NCBI GenBank assembly: GCA_011816565.1
Contig: GCA_011816565.1_3614.1
Direction: 5' to 3' (one strand)
Source: a phage
Length of the DNA stretch: 64,000 nt
Shown: positions 9,520 to 20,184 of the stretch, in pieces
Layout of the letters: every line of letters begins with the position of its first letter
How positions within the stretch are numbered: position 1 is the first letter of the stretch
Position numbers and translations under genes: made by a program
Notes under the pieces: generated by a model
What the model was told of the DNA's origin: nothing
What the model saw: only the letters and a program-made list of their open reading frames with translations
Databases searched by the model: none

Positions 9520-11265
9520 ATGGCGCAAGACATGACAAGCTTTGAGCAGGCGGTAGATCAAGTAATTGTTGATTCTGAACGTTTGCACCTGATTGTCAAC
9601 GGTAACGCTGTGGATGAAGTTGTCGTAGAGGATGGGACCACCATCCCTACGGTACGAAAAGCCATGCTTGACACCCTTTATTTTAAAACGCCACCGATCC
9701 CTTGGGCGTATGGTGCATCCACAACAGTTTTTAACCAGCTGTATGAGTTTAAGGGGGACACAGGCCCTCAATGGTGGTACGCTCCCGCAGCATCAAAATC
9801 TAACCCGGTTAGAATGCCAGCAGACCCTTCACAATCTCCAAACTGGAGATTATATACCGACTCTGCAGTAATGGCAAAATACTACGCAAAACTTAACAGC
9901 CCTAGGTTCGAAGGTGACCCGCGAGTACCTACACCTCCAATGGACGATAAGTCAGAGTCCATAGCAAACACAGAGTTTGTTGTTGACTATGTTGATAGCA
10001 TATTTAAAGCCATGGAGGGGATGAAAGTTACTGTAGGGTCTTTGGTGGTAAAAGGTCTTACAGAACTTGCTAACACCATAGTTGGGGGCACACTTACCTT
10101 ACATGGGCCTGTTAATGGAGCAGACTCCACTGCACGCTTCAGGAACCTAATCCTCACGGCAAATACTTCTACACTTACTTTTGCGTGGAGCGATCCTAAG
10201 CATGCAGACTGGAGAAGCACAGAGCTGCAACCTCATGAAGTGTCCACCCGCAGGGTTATAGCTGACACTATAACTTCTGGGAAACCAGTGGCTAATAATA
10301 ACGATGTGCATTTTGATGGTCTAGGTAATAACTTTTTTGACTACGTGTACATTCGTGGTAATGCCATGAAGGCAGCAACCGAGCCAACATTGCAGGTCGA
10401 TGGGACTGCCAGGGTTAAGAACCTTGAGGTGACAGGCACCGTTACAGGGATAACCTACTCTGTCGATGGCACCATGATCTACCCTAGCTATATTGAAAGC
10501 ACGGGGGACGCATTAATAAATGGTGATTTAGAAGTTGGCGGATCTGTAGTTATTCGAGGTACAGCCTCTATCCAAAACATAGCTCTGAATACCCTAAGAG
10601 TCAATGAGCGTGCAACTTTTGAAGGGGAAGGGCTTACAGCCAACAAAGGTGTAATTACCGAGCTGACAACCACTACTTTAACTGCAACAACTGCAAACTC
10701 TGAAAACTGCAACGTTACCAGAAACTTGCAGGTAAATGGAGATGTTAGTTTAAACGCAGCAGGGACGGGCACCACCTACCTTCACAACCTTGAAATATCC
10801 GGCACAGTGACTGGGTGGCTGCCAGACTTCTCTAATGTCAACTTTGTTTGTAATGGCATTAACTCCAGTGGCAAGATAACCACCTCTCAAGAAATTGAGG
10901 CGGGTAAAACCATTACTGCCCCTACTTTCCACGCAGGAAAGGTAGATTTTGATTTAGAGGAGGTTGACGCGTCCAGTGGGACATGGACACCTAACGGGCA
11001 GGCCAGTATGTATGTTGTCCACGCGAAAGGGGATTTTACAATAGGACAATGGCCTGGTACATCAGCGGAAGATAAACCTTATCCATTCACTGCGGTTATC
11101 TATGTCATTCAGGATGCTGTAGGTCACAACGTGACTTTGCACGATAAGTATGCTATCCTGTCGGCAACGCCTGTTATTAATAACAAGGCTAATAGTGTTA
11201 CCTTGCTGCAATTAACATATTGTGGTGTTGGTGATATCGTAGACGTAGTAATTGCACAACGTTAA
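9520..11265 (+). CDS. tail fibre protein
   Basis: N-terminal region contains the widespread fibre anchor motif (SPRFEGDPRVPTPPMDDKSESIANTEFV) seen in T7 gp17-like fibres; beta-rich repetitive remainder. Confidence 0.6.
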   Translation: MAQDMTSFEQAVDQVIVDSERLHLIVNGNAVDEVVVEDGTTIPTVRKAMLDTLYFKTPPIPWAYGASTTVFNQLYEFKGDTGPQWWYAPAASKSNPVRMPADPSQSPNWRLYTDSAVMAKYYAKLNSPRFEGDPRVPTPPMDDKSESIANTEFVVDYVDSIFKAMEGMKVTVGSLVVKGLTELANTIVGGTLTLHGPVNGADSTARFRNLILTANTSTLTFAWSDPKHADWRSTELQPHEVSTRRVIADTITSGKPVANNNDVHFDGLGNNFFDYVYIRGNAMKAATEPTLQVDGTARVKNLEVTGTVTGITYSVDGTMIYPSYIESTGDALINGDLEVGGSVVIRGTASIQNIALNTLRVNERATFEGEGLTANKGVITELTTTTLTATTANSENCNVTRNLQVNGDVSLNAAGTGTTYLHNLEISGTVTGWLPDFSNVNFVCNGINSSGKITTSQEIEAGKTITAPTFHAGKVDFDLEEVDASSGTWTPNGQASMYVVHAKGDFTIGQWPGTSAEDKPYPFTAVIYVIQDAVGHNVTLHDKYAILSATPVINNKANSVTLLQLTYCGVGDIVDVVIAQR

Positions 11266-11278
11266 TATATATATATCT

Positions 11279-11310
11279 AACCGCTCCTGACGGGGCGGTT
11301 TTCTTATCTG
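11279..11310 (+). terminator. rho-independent terminator
   Basis: AACCGC...GCGGTT hairpin followed by TTCTTATCT after the stop at 11265. Confidence 0.45.
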
Positions 11311-11319
11311 GAGAACACA

Positions 11320-14300
11320 ATGCTTCCAATCCCTTTGCTAAAACTTGGTCGTCATTTCCTCGATAAGAGGGGTGGAATTAAGGAACTTGCTGTTCTGTCA
11401 TACCCAATAGACAACAGTGATGGTACAAGCAACACAGTATCCTATGTAAATAGCTTAGCTATACTTTTTGATGATGGTCAGCTTAATATTACTGGCTATA
11501 ATAGGTTCGGAGAGTGTCGGACTGGAGATCTTGATACAATAAACTATCCTAATGAGGCAGCTTGGAACGTAGACCATGTTTGGAGAGCTGACCGTGCATT
11601 TGTAATCCGCACATTCGATAATAAATTTTTCTATATTGGTTGCACAGCTGGTCTTATCGGATCGGAGGCAGCAGGTGGAAACGATGTTTGTGTCAGAGAG
11701 TGGACACCTTTGCCGGAACAGATCGTAACAGGGTTGCATTTGGACACCCATCCTGAGAGACTTGTTGAAGTAATGGGTGGCGTAAACAATACAGTGTGGG
11801 TAATTGCTGCACCAGAGGCTGATGGTATGCTTCACCTGTACGGCTCTGGCAATAATACTTACGGCTCTCTTCATGTTGACAAAAATCAGCATGCAACCCC
11901 TGTAAAGATTGGTGAGACATCGGAAAATCCTGAAACAGGTCCTTGGAAAAACCCAAGCATCAACTGCGAGGTGCATGACAACTCTGTTATTTTCGGTGGT
12001 CCTAGAGGTTTCTGGATTGCTGGATACGACTTTCTGAGAAATAACAGTAGAAACGACCTTGTTTGGCCTCCTGTGCAGATTACTCGTAACGATTTGAGGG
12101 GCATTCCTGCAGATGAGGAGTGGAAAGGGTTTATGTGCGGTCCTAACGGGGCAATAATTGCCACACAGAGGATGCACAAACCTGATGACCAACAGCTTGT
12201 TAATGTGTTTTATGGTCAGGATGTTTGGGGTGACGACACGTGGAGAAGCCTTAACATCACCTATACCCATGAAGTAATTATGGCTCGCGGGTACGGGACT
12301 AGTGGAATTTTCTTCAATAATGGTACAAAACAGTACCGTGGTTTCTCCAGAAACCTGTGTAACGATATTGGTGCTCAATCTGCTAATAATAGTCCTAGGG
12401 CCAATTTTATTCATTACAGAGCGCTGGCAACAGCTAAGTTTGTTGAACAGACAGAGCCAGTAAGCTGGACAGAAAGCGTTTATTTTCAAGGGATCCACAG
12501 GGAAGGTTTCTTAGGCACATTCTGTGTGGTAAATGGAAAGCTTTGGTGGTCAGGAATACCACGTGGTAGTTTTTCAGGATCTAATAACCTCTTTGGCGGC
12601 AGACTTAACAGCCAAGGGTTCACAGAGATTCCGGAGAATTGGTATAAAAATGTCCCGGTAGATAGCTGGGGTATCGAAGACATCTTTGATGTCAATGGTG
12701 TGAGCAATGTTAGCAACATTTACATCGGAGATACTGTCAAGATGAAATTGAAACCTCAGCCGGAGGGTGCTACGTTCATTATTGACAAGATTGAGTTGGT
12801 AAATGCTGCAGGCACTGTTGTTACAGATGCAAACTATCAGTTCTCCACTAACTGGAACCATGGTGGTGCTAACGAAGTTGTGGTCACCCAGTATAACCGT
12901 AACATCAACAGACGTGGTTTGTATTCTATCAAGATCACCTACCATGACAAGCATGGCACTGGAAGAACCTATACGACAAGGACTTTGAACTGGAACACTA
13001 TAGTTCCTGCGTATCCGTCCAACGGCAAGTGGCATACCGTTGGTAGAAACAAGCAGTTCCATGTTAACGATACTGTATACTTTGGGCTGAATGGGACCCA
13101 GCCTGCAGTAGAAGGGGATACATCGTATATGGTCAGACTCCACAGAATGGATGCTGGATCAGTCACTTATGATGTGACCCAAGAGATCTACGATCAAAGA
13201 CGCGCCACGTATGACAATATTGTAAAAACACAAGCCTTGTGGGAGTTCAATCCTAATGGCAAGGGTGGTAAAATGTTGCAGGTTAATGAGCAGAACGGAA
13301 CGTCGTTGACTGTTCACGAACACCCAGACCCTTGGCCTGATCCTGGAAAACCTCACCCGGGAGCTCGTACACTGAAAATTGTCAGCCATGATGCAGGATA
13401 TTTCGGAATACGCTGGGAAGCTACAGTAAGATATGTCGACGGGACAACAAACAACATAGGGATTACACTTGGCGGCACTAGTGAAGATAACTCGCTGAAA
13501 ATTGCCTACACGCCCAGAGGTATCTCTATTGATAATATGGATGTTGTTCGCAATGGCTACGGCGATGTGAATGTCAAAGTTACTCTTGGCGAACATCTTG
13601 GTGGGGAAAGGATCATCATGTATGCCTTTGATCATGATCCACGCACCAATGGAACTTATGCAAATCAGGCATGGAGTTACCTGATAAATGCACCTGAGCC
13701 GAATACTAAAGAGTTCTACTACGGTATGAAGCGAGATGTGTGCAAGAAAACAGGAACACATGACTGGATTGCTATCTGCGTTAAAGATGAGCGCACAGCT
13801 TGGGATGAGCCTGTTAACAGATGGTTCATAGGTATTCCTACCAGAAGTGATAAGTATGTCGCAGAATATATTGTATGCATGGGTGGTACCAACCTAAACA
13901 TGTGTTGGAACGAAGATGTAAACAAATACTCTGATTATGACTATATGAGGGATTACTCTTGTAATTTGTGGTTTAACCAAACTACAGGTTACCCTCCAAG
14001 ACAGGCAAGGGTAAATCCTGCAATCTTTACAGATACTCAGGTTTTCTTGACAAAACAGGCAAACGAGGTTCAGACCTTCAAGAATAACTATGACCCTAAC
14101 AAGTGGTTCTATAATTGTTACGGGGCATACTTTTGGGGGCCTGCTGAACTGCCTGACAGCGGTTCTTGCTTCGAGGCTGCAACCTACGGCAGCGACTATA
14201 TCATGGGACAGGTCAAGAAGTACAAGATGATCCCAGGGCCTGAAACTTTAGGTAACGCTGTTGACCCATACATAAATTTCGCAGCTTTGCATGCGAATAT

Positions 14301-16947
14301 GGATGGTGCAAGGTATCCGTTCGACGTTCCAGTTGCCAATGGGTACAAACGTGTTGTGATGATCATTAAGTGCGACCTGATAGGTAAACAAGTTCTTGCA
14401 GAAAACGGGACATCCACACATCCTTTTGAGATCGCTCTGCACTATCAGTTTGCTGACTCACCTTTTGCAGGGGATAAGAGAATATCTGATACAGACGCAC
14501 AGCGTTGTAAGAAAGTATTGTTGGGTGCAGGTTGGTGGTGGTACGAGTTTGATTTGACAGATAAGTTCACAGATGATACCAAAACTCTCACAGGTATCCG
14601 TCTGGACCTTGGTGAAAACATGCACAAAGCTGTTTGTGATGGCACCTACGGTGATCCTACAGTATACTTGAAGTATGTCTCTCTTGAGCATCCAGAGGAT
14701 GCTGTAATCGGTCCTAAACTGAAATTGTTCGGCTCATGGATTGCCAAGGATAGGATAGGAATGGGTAAGAAAGTGAGAGGATTCCTGATAGACGCAGGGA
14801 CAGAGGACATGCTGGTTAATGCAGTGTGGCCTACGCTAGAAGGCACCGCCTACAACAATGCAGCCAGGTCTATAAATTGGTTCAACATTCACAGAGCTAT
14901 GTGGACCACTAACTGCTACTTGTGGAGAGAGCTTAACGATCAGGCCTTTGGCTTTAGTGACGGCAGAAGGATGGCGATCATTTGCTGGACAACATTGCAA
15001 AGATGTTATGACCATGACTACGAGATTGGCGGTAGAGCATGGAAAGATATCAGAGATAGGGTTATATACAATTTTGCAGACGACAACGGTGGTGGAGCAT
15101 ATAACTTTGGCACAAGCCGACTCATCCATTTGAACGGATCCTCAGCCTACAAGAAAGAAGGTTACTCCGGGTCCATGATCGAGTGGGGTCTGGTGAAAGA
15201 TGCTCGTGTATTGATGGGCCAGCAACTTGCTGCTGCAATAGGGCCTAGTGCAGTGCAGTCTGCTAAACCAGCGTGGTTCGATATCCCATTATGGTCCTCT
15301 GGAACACCAGGAGCTGCTGCAATCAACCCTACCACTGGGGATCTGGAAATCTCCTGGGAAGACCTGAAGCAGGTCGGTGGCTGGGATAAGACCGGGTACC
15401 AGGTGCAGTGGTGGAGGGCTGACGGATCTTTAGCCGCTGATGAGTTTGTTAAGGACAATTTCTACACTATGTCTTCTGCAAAAGCACAGGAATTGTTCGG
15501 TCAGGCAACTCCGTCAACGATCACCATGTCTATGTGCTGTAAAGACAACAGGACTGGAGCTTTGGGGCCAAGGGTTGCTAAAGTTTTCTCAGGTATTAAA
15601 TGGAATCTACCTGTCCAAAGTATTTCATGGAAGCAAATAGGTGATAACAAGCTGCTGGTTACCCCTGCCTGTCAGTTCAACGCAACTCTTAACGTTGATC
15701 CTGCTGTTGCGGCAAACTCAGCTAAAGCTTCTGACTTCTCTGTGTCTAACACTGCTATGGCAGATGTGAGGAAGATTGACACGCTGAACGCCAGAATTAC
15801 CTGTAAAAACACTTATGGCACATTCCAAATCATCAACAACTTCACAGATGCTGATTCTAAGGTAGTGAGGACAGCAAGCCAGACTCTGAGTTTAGGAACT
15901 CTGGCCTATGCGGCCCTGATCACCGAGCAGTCGGCAACACTCCAAGGAGGTGGTGTAGGCAAGTCCATCGCAACACCTGTGTGGAAGCCAAATGAGTGGG
16001 TTGTGTTTGATTTGACTGTTGACTTCTCTAGCGATAATAACTGGACGTGGGTAAGGAATTGCTTACCTCAGTTGATGGGTGGTCCAAGCTCTGTCAGCGA
16101 TAGCCACGATTCTACTGACCCCAGCGTGTTCCAGGTTGGTAAAACTCACCCAGAGACTGGAGAAACGTTGCCTGACAGGAAGTATGCGTTGGTTTGCATC
16201 TCTTACGGGAAGGCAGATGTCACATTCTCAGGGACACACACTTATAACGGAACTTACAACTTCTCAAGGAAGTATAGTCTCAAAGCAGGGAACATTATAG
16301 ACGAGGTCGGTGTGCTGTATAATCCTGGCAACGGCATAGGGATTGTGGGCGGTAAACTGCAGATGCAGGAACCTTCTATCACCCCTTCCAACGTATCCGG
16401 GATTAGAAAGACTTGGGAAAGTAGTAATACCAACATTGCAACAGTGGATGCCACCACAGGGCTGGTAACATTTAAAGCTACTGGGAATGTCACCATAAAG
16501 TTTGTAGTTAGAGATGATGCAGGCCGCAAAACGTCTTCAACATCGTTTACTGTCAGACAGATGGCACCTCAGTGGTTTATTTGGGAAGGAAATCCTCTTG
16601 ACGGGGCTTACCCTAGACCTGCAGGAACGTCCAATATGAGGGTCTTTACCGGTCCGGTCATGAACAATCCGACCACAACCACCAACCCTACATTTTTTGG
16701 TGCTTACATACCTGAAATTATTGGCCTACCAAGGAACCAGATACAACTGCTTTTCGGAGCAGGTGTTGATGGTCTAGCCACTTTTGGGTACAGTGACAAC
16801 ATTGATGCAGCCAGAAGCTCGGGTTGGATTGGATTTAAGTTTCAGTGGAACCCTGGTGGTAGAACATTAGGTCTTGCAAGTATAGGTATTATGCTACCTG
16901 GTAACCAGCAATACCATCTCGAAGCTTATACAAACTTCCCTAGTTAA
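11320..16947 (+). CDS. large tail fibre/adhesin with RCC1-like repeats and C-terminal Ig-like domain
   Basis: 1875-aa ORF. N-terminal repeats resemble RCC1/beta-propeller blades (LHLYGSGNNTYGSLHV); C-terminal Big_2-like segment (ATVDATTGLVTFKATGNVTIKFVVRDDAGRKTSSTSFTV). Confidence 0.6.
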   Translation: MLPIPLLKLGRHFLDKRGGIKELAVLSYPIDNSDGTSNTVSYVNSLAILFDDGQLNITGYNRFGECRTGDLDTINYPNEAAWNVDHVWRADRAFVIRTFDNKFFYIGCTAGLIGSEAAGGNDVCVREWTPLPEQIVTGLHLDTHPERLVEVMGGVNNTVWVIAAPEADGMLHLYGSGNNTYGSLHVDKNQHATPVKIGETSENPETGPWKNPSINCEVHDNSVIFGGPRGFWIAGYDFLRNNSRNDLVWPPVQITRNDLRGIPADEEWKGFMCGPNGAIIATQRMHKPDDQQLVNVFYGQDVWGDDTWRSLNITYTHEVIMARGYGTSGIFFNNGTKQYRGFSRNLCNDIGAQSANNSPRANFIHYRALATAKFVEQTEPVSWTESVYFQGIHREGFLGTFCVVNGKLWWSGIPRGSFSGSNNLFGGRLNSQGFTEIPENWYKNVPVDSWGIEDIFDVNGVSNVSNIYIGDTVKMKLKPQPEGATFIIDKIELVNAAGTVVTDANYQFSTNWNHGGANEVVVTQYNRNINRRGLYSIKITYHDKHGTGRTYTTRTLNWNTIVPAYPSNGKWHTVGRNKQFHVNDTVYFGLNGTQPAVEGDTSYMVRLHRMDAGSVTYDVTQEIYDQRRATYDNIVKTQALWEFNPNGKGGKMLQVNEQNGTSLTVHEHPDPWPDPGKPHPGARTLKIVSHDAGYFGIRWEATVRYVDGTTNNIGITLGGTSEDNSLKIAYTPRGISIDNMDVVRNGYGDVNVKVTLGEHLGGERIIMYAFDHDPRTNGTYANQAWSYLINAPEPNTKEFYYGMKRDVCKKTGTHDWIAICVKDERTAWDEPVNRWFIGIPTRSDKYVAEYIVCMGGTNLNMCWNEDVNKYSDYDYMRDYSCNLWFNQTTGYPPRQARVNPAIFTDTQVFLTKQANEVQTFKNNYDPNKWFYNCYGAYFWGPAELPDSGSCFEAATYGSDYIMGQVKKYKMIPGPETLGNAVDPYINFAALHANMDGARYPFDVPVANGYKRVVMIIKCDLIGKQVLAENGTSTHPFEIALHYQFADSPFAGDKRISDTDAQRCKKVLLGAGWWWYEFDLTDKFTDDTKTLTGIRLDLGENMHKAVCDGTYGDPTVYLKYVSLEHPEDAVIGPKLKLFGSWIAKDRIGMGKKVRGFLIDAGTEDMLVNAVWPTLEGTAYNNAARSINWFNIHRAMWTTNCYLWRELNDQAFGFSDGRRMAIICWTTLQRCYDHDYEIGGRAWKDIRDRVIYNFADDNGGGAYNFGTSRLIHLNGSSAYKKEGYSGSMIEWGLVKDARVLMGQQLAAAIGPSAVQSAKPAWFDIPLWSSGTPGAAAINPTTGDLEISWEDLKQVGGWDKTGYQVQWWRADGSLAADEFVKDNFYTMSSAKAQELFGQATPSTITMSMCCKDNRTGALGPRVAKVFSGIKWNLPVQSISWKQIGDNKLLVTPACQFNATLNVDPAVAANSAKASDFSVSNTAMADVRKIDTLNARITCKNTYGTFQIINNFTDADSKVVRTASQTLSLGTLAYAALITEQSATLQGGGVGKSIATPVWKPNEWVVFDLTVDFSSDNNWTWVRNCLPQLMGGPSSVSDSHDSTDPSVFQVGKTHPETGETLPDRKYALVCISYGKADVTFSGTHTYNGTYNFSRKYSLKAGNIIDEVGVLYNPGNGIGIVGGKLQMQEPSITPSNVSGIRKTWESSNTNIATVDATTGLVTFKATGNVTIKFVVRDDAGRKTSSTSFTVRQMAPQWFIWEGNPLDGAYPRPAGTSNMRVFTGPVMNNPTTTTNPTFFGAYIPEIIGLPRNQIQLLFGAGVDGLATFGYSDNIDAARSSGWIGFKFQWNPGGRTLGLASIGIMLPGNQQYHLEAYTNFPS

Positions 16948-16964
16948 CAGGAGGCAAATAAAAA

Positions 16965-16990
16965 GGGGGCCAAACGGCCCCTTTCTTTTT
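16965..16990. terminator. bidirectional rho-independent terminator
   Basis: GGGGGCC-AAAC-GGCCCC hairpin flanked by A-run upstream and T-run downstream, between convergent gene blocks. Confidence 0.6.
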
Positions 16991-16994
16991 ATAA

Positions 16995-17195
16995 TTAGTA
17001 ATATTCCCAACACGACCCATCTTCAGACGGCTGGACACGCTTACCTTCATGATCGACATAGGTGTAACCACAGCCTTCACAAATAACAGGTGCTGCATAG
17101 CCTTCCTTCCACTGATCCTTAGTGATCAATCCTTTCAGATCTCCGCAGTCACGACCAAACAACTCTTCAGAACAGTCTTTACAAAAATCAGCCAT
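16995..17195 (-). CDS. small Cys-rich (zinc-ribbon-like) protein
   Basis: 66 aa with CxxC...CxxC pairs (CKDC...CEGCG); first gene of minus-strand block after the terminator. Confidence 0.45.
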   Translation of the reverse strand: MADFCKDCSEELFGRDCGDLKGLITKDQWKEGYAAPVICEGCGYTYVDHEGKRVQPSEDGSCWEYY

Positions 17196-17264
17196 CTCTA
17201 TCAGTCTCCATATTTAACCAATCTATATTACATATTGCCGAAGAAACAGTATTTCATTTCATCA

Positions 17265-17483
17265 TCACAGATCTCCAACAACTTCCCAAATACCCCAGTG
17301 AGCATCTATATCCTTGATAAAGTATCTTTCTCCACGGTTTGTCCACACACCTATCCCAACTTTACCATCTATCCCATTGTATACATCTGCCTCATACTCT
17401 TTGCCCGGTGTAAAGTGTACACCCATCATAAGGGCTATTATTCCATTAGGATTTTTAAATTTAACAAATTTTACTTTGCTCAT
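17265..17483 (-). CDS. hypothetical protein
   Basis: 72-aa ORF in minus-strand array, start abuts the next gene. Confidence 0.4.
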   Translation of the reverse strand: MSKVKFVKFKNPNGIIALMMGVHFTPGKEYEADVYNGIDGKVGIGVWTNRGERYFIKDIDAHWGIWEVVGDL

Positions 17484-17484
17484 A

Positions 17485-17814
17485 TTACTTAATCCTTGCA
17501 GTTACAGTAGCGCTATACCCCATGTAGTTATGAGACATAAAGAATGTAAGCCCTTTAAGTTCAGGATTCTTTCTAAGAAATCGTTTCAATTTTCGAATGC
17601 AATTAACACCATGATCATAGTTTGAGAAATTAAATTTAATACCCTGCTCCATCATAGTGCACACTTCTTCATGGGTATGCCATTGTCTATCGTGGTCACA
17701 AAACCAGTAACCAATACCTTCTTTTTCTTGGATATGCAATCCCCAAAATACTTTATGCATTGGATATTTTGGTTTTCTACCATGATAATGTAGTTTAATA
17801 TTCACATGTGCCAT
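17485..17814 (-). CDS. hypothetical protein
   Basis: 109-aa ORF; TTGACA-N17-TATTCT promoter-like sequence on the minus strand upstream. Confidence 0.45.
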   Translation of the reverse strand: MAHVNIKLHYHGRKPKYPMHKVFWGLHIQEKEGIGYWFCDHDRQWHTHEEVCTMMEQGIKFNFSNYDHGVNCIRKLKRFLRKNPELKGLTFFMSHNYMGYSATVTARIK

Positions 17815-17981
17815 TTTTTGTTACTCCGTTCTGTATCTGTGATAATGAGAATAGCAAACTGGGGTGTGTGCTGTCAACAACATTTTTAAGCGTTTTGGGG
17901 AAGTTTTTGAAAGGTGGGTGTAATCACAAGAGAGGGTGGAGTTATTGAAGGCACAGGCCTCTTTTGAGGCCTTAAAATCGA

Positions 17982-18362
17982 TTATGACACTTTGACGTAG
18001 CGCTCTGACAGAGCTGGAAAGCCAAAAGCAGTACCTATACTACCGTATGCTACCCACCATTGAAGTTCATCGTGACACCATTTTCCGATCAGGAAGGTGC
18101 TGGGGTAGCGGGTCAGTATTTTGGCATAAGCTTTAGGGTCTGCATCTTCTGGGATAATGATACTTGGAACATCTTTGTTATGGCCACAGCAGCAGTTTAG
18201 AGTTTTCAATCCTGCCGCCCATAGACTCATGATAGGCTTAGCCATGCACTTATCAAGGCACACACGTTTTTTGCCGTCACGGAGCTTTTTAGGCACATCA
18301 ACGATAACATTTTGATGCTTGGCACCTTTCACTTTCCAATTATAGGATTTACACTTGCACAT
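17982..18362 (-). CDS. hypothetical Cys-rich protein
   Basis: 126-aa ORF with clustered cysteines (CLDKC...CCCGHNK). Confidence 0.45.
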   Translation of the reverse strand: MCKCKSYNWKVKGAKHQNVIVDVPKKLRDGKKRVCLDKCMAKPIMSLWAAGLKTLNCCCGHNKDVPSIIIPEDADPKAYAKILTRYPSTFLIGKWCHDELQWWVAYGSIGTAFGFPALSERYVKVS

Positions 18363-18392
18363 TTAATCAGTCTCCATCTAGAAAGCAATACT

Positions 18393-18563
18393 TTACTTAA
18401 AATCTTTGTCACCTATTACGATTGCACGAATCCACTCATTGTGATGTTCAATGGCGGTAAGGTGTAACATAATGCAGTGATTGTCATTACCAAACACGGT
18501 GCGGTAAGCTTTAGCAGCACCATGATATAACTTCCACATCAGGTAATGATATCTTCTCCTCAT
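18393..18563 (-). CDS. hypothetical small protein (56 aa, not in ORF track)
   Basis: ATG overlaps the upstream stop (ATGA) suggesting translational coupling; below 60-aa cutoff. Confidence 0.3.
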   Translation of the reverse strand: MRRRYHYLMWKLYHGAAKAYRTVFGNDNHCIMLHLTAIEHHNEWIRAIVIGDKDFK

Positions 18564-19039
18564 GGCTCTTTCTCCGGTTCAGGATCTGGGTAATCTTCAA
18601 TAATAAAGGGCCATCCGTTCCGCTTAGCCTCAGACTTGTACTCAATCTCCTTCATTGCAAACTCTAACTGATTTTTAGCCGGAATACATGCCGGAGAATC
18701 ATCAACCCAGATATCTGGGTAGATATCAAACTGCGCCAGGTAGGCTGCCTTCTGAACACCGCCAGTATAAAACACACCAACATCGAGCTCCTTGCGCCAA
18801 TACTCAATGTCCACATTGTCTTGAGTAATGAATCGGAAAGTCACAAGGTATACTGTCCACCCCTCCTTCTTCAGGTCCCTGATCAGGCGGGAGAAGATGA
18901 AAGGGCTCGCATTAAACGTTCCATCAAAGTCAATGGCAATGATGTGTGTGCCGTGGCGAGTCTCGTATGGATTGCTTGTGGTAAGATTACTGTAGTTAAA
19001 AGGAACTTCTTCCCCGCAGTAGCTGTAGTCCATATTCAC
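18560..19039 (-). CDS. HAD-superfamily phosphatase-like protein
   Basis: HAD motif I (IIAIDFDGT) and aspartate-rich motif (IWVDDSP). Confidence 0.5.
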   Translation of the reverse strand: MNMDYSYCGEEVPFNYSNLTTSNPYETRHGTHIIAIDFDGTFNASPFIFSRLIRDLKKEGWTVYLVTFRFITQDNVDIEYWRKELDVGVFYTGGVQKAAYLAQFDIYPDIWVDDSPACIPAKNQLEFAMKEIEYKSEAKRNGWPFIIEDYPDPEPEKEP

Positions 19040-19311
19040 ACCTTCTCGTTGATAAATTTACGGGCGGTTTGGTGGGTTGTTTCTGCTGTCTTCAGAATGA
19101 TATTAATTTTATTGTCAAGATCATTCATCTCTGCAGTTAGTTCAGGAATCTCTCCGGCATGCATAGTGAAATCATACATAGACATGCCCAGAATCTCATT
19201 GATGCGACGGTTGCATTCTGCAGCACGCTGGTTCATTTTCCAAGCTAACACCAAAGCCTCCTGCGTAGCCTCTAGTGCAAAATCTAATACGTCTGCCTCT
19301 TCTTTCGTCAT
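19036..19311 (-). CDS. hypothetical protein
   Basis: 91-aa ORF overlapping downstream start by 4 nt. Confidence 0.45.
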   Translation of the reverse strand: MTKEEADVLDFALEATQEALVLAWKMNQRAAECNRRINEILGMSMYDFTMHAGEIPELTAEMNDLDNKINIILKTAETTHQTARKFINEKV

Positions 19312-19369
19312 CTCAGTCTCTCCTGTTGTATTGTTGGTAGGTGTATGAATACCTTATAACTCACCTTTT

Positions 19370-19936
19370 TTATTCAAACTGCAATAGTAAGTCCACCACC
19401 GCGCTAGGTCTGTCAACAAATTCTCCAGGTCCACATGCCCACAGAGGGTATCCGTCCACATACCGCCAAATCCAACCTGCAGTGTGGAGTTCGAGCAGGG
19501 CAGTACCGTCCTTACTGTCAACCACTCTTTCCCACAGTGTTGGGCAGCGAAGCTTGAGAATCGGATCACCTCCCTTATACCCGTCCATGTAGATACCCAT
19601 TGCAAAGTTCAGCATCATCTTTTTGTGCACTGATCTCTTACTGAGGGTGCTCATCACTTCCTCTTTGTGAATGTTTGTAAGCTTCTCTTTGGCTACCCGC
19701 AGATCATTGCAACCATTGTTCAGCAGATCTTCCAGACACTTGATCCGAAGGTCGTGAATGTCTTTGTCGTGTACAGTTGGCACGGGGTCGTAGCGGTATA
19801 GCACCGTTGATACAAGGTTGCTCGGGTGTGGGTCTGACAGCAACCCATAGCCCCAATACTCTTCTGTATCTGAAAGGACAAGACACCCAATGTCTCTGTC
19901 AAGCTTTCCTGTGTTGTAAGCCACATTGACCGCCAT
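19370..19936 (-). CDS. hypothetical protein
   Basis: 188-aa ORF in minus-strand array. Confidence 0.5.
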   Translation of the reverse strand: MAVNVAYNTGKLDRDIGCLVLSDTEEYWGYGLLSDPHPSNLVSTVLYRYDPVPTVHDKDIHDLRIKCLEDLLNNGCNDLRVAKEKLTNIHKEEVMSTLSKRSVHKKMMLNFAMGIYMDGYKGGDPILKLRCPTLWERVVDSKDGTALLELHTAGWIWRYVDGYPLWACGPGEFVDRPSAVVDLLLQFE

Positions 19937-19938
19937 GA

Positions 19939-20184
19939 CTATAGCTCCACTAGCAAAGTGCTTTCAAAGTGCCGTTCATGCAAACCGTTGTAAGGGACCA
20001 CTTCTACAACGCCATCACGGACATATGGGGCCATCATGGTGGTATAATCTCCAAACGGGTTGGTATTGTCACTAACCACAACCACCTTCTGCCCTTCCTT
20101 GGCAGAGTGCCAAATAGATCTGCACTTCATCAGGTGTTCGAGAGCTCCAGGTAAAATTTTGTTACGTTCTTTACGGGTCTTCAT
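19939..20184 (-). CDS. hypothetical protein
   Basis: 81-aa ORF tightly packed with neighbours. Confidence 0.4.
   Translation of the reverse strand: MKTRKERNKILPGALEHLMKCRSIWHSAKEGQKVVVVSDNTNPFGDYTTMMAPYVRDGVVEVVPYNGLHERHFESTLLVEL

Noticed and set aside
11455-12498. 347-aa minus-strand ORF (and other antisense ORFs 12574-13143, 13159-13761)
   Set aside because: Lie entirely inside the 1875-aa plus-strand fibre gene and have no RBS or promoter context; treated as shadow ORFs.
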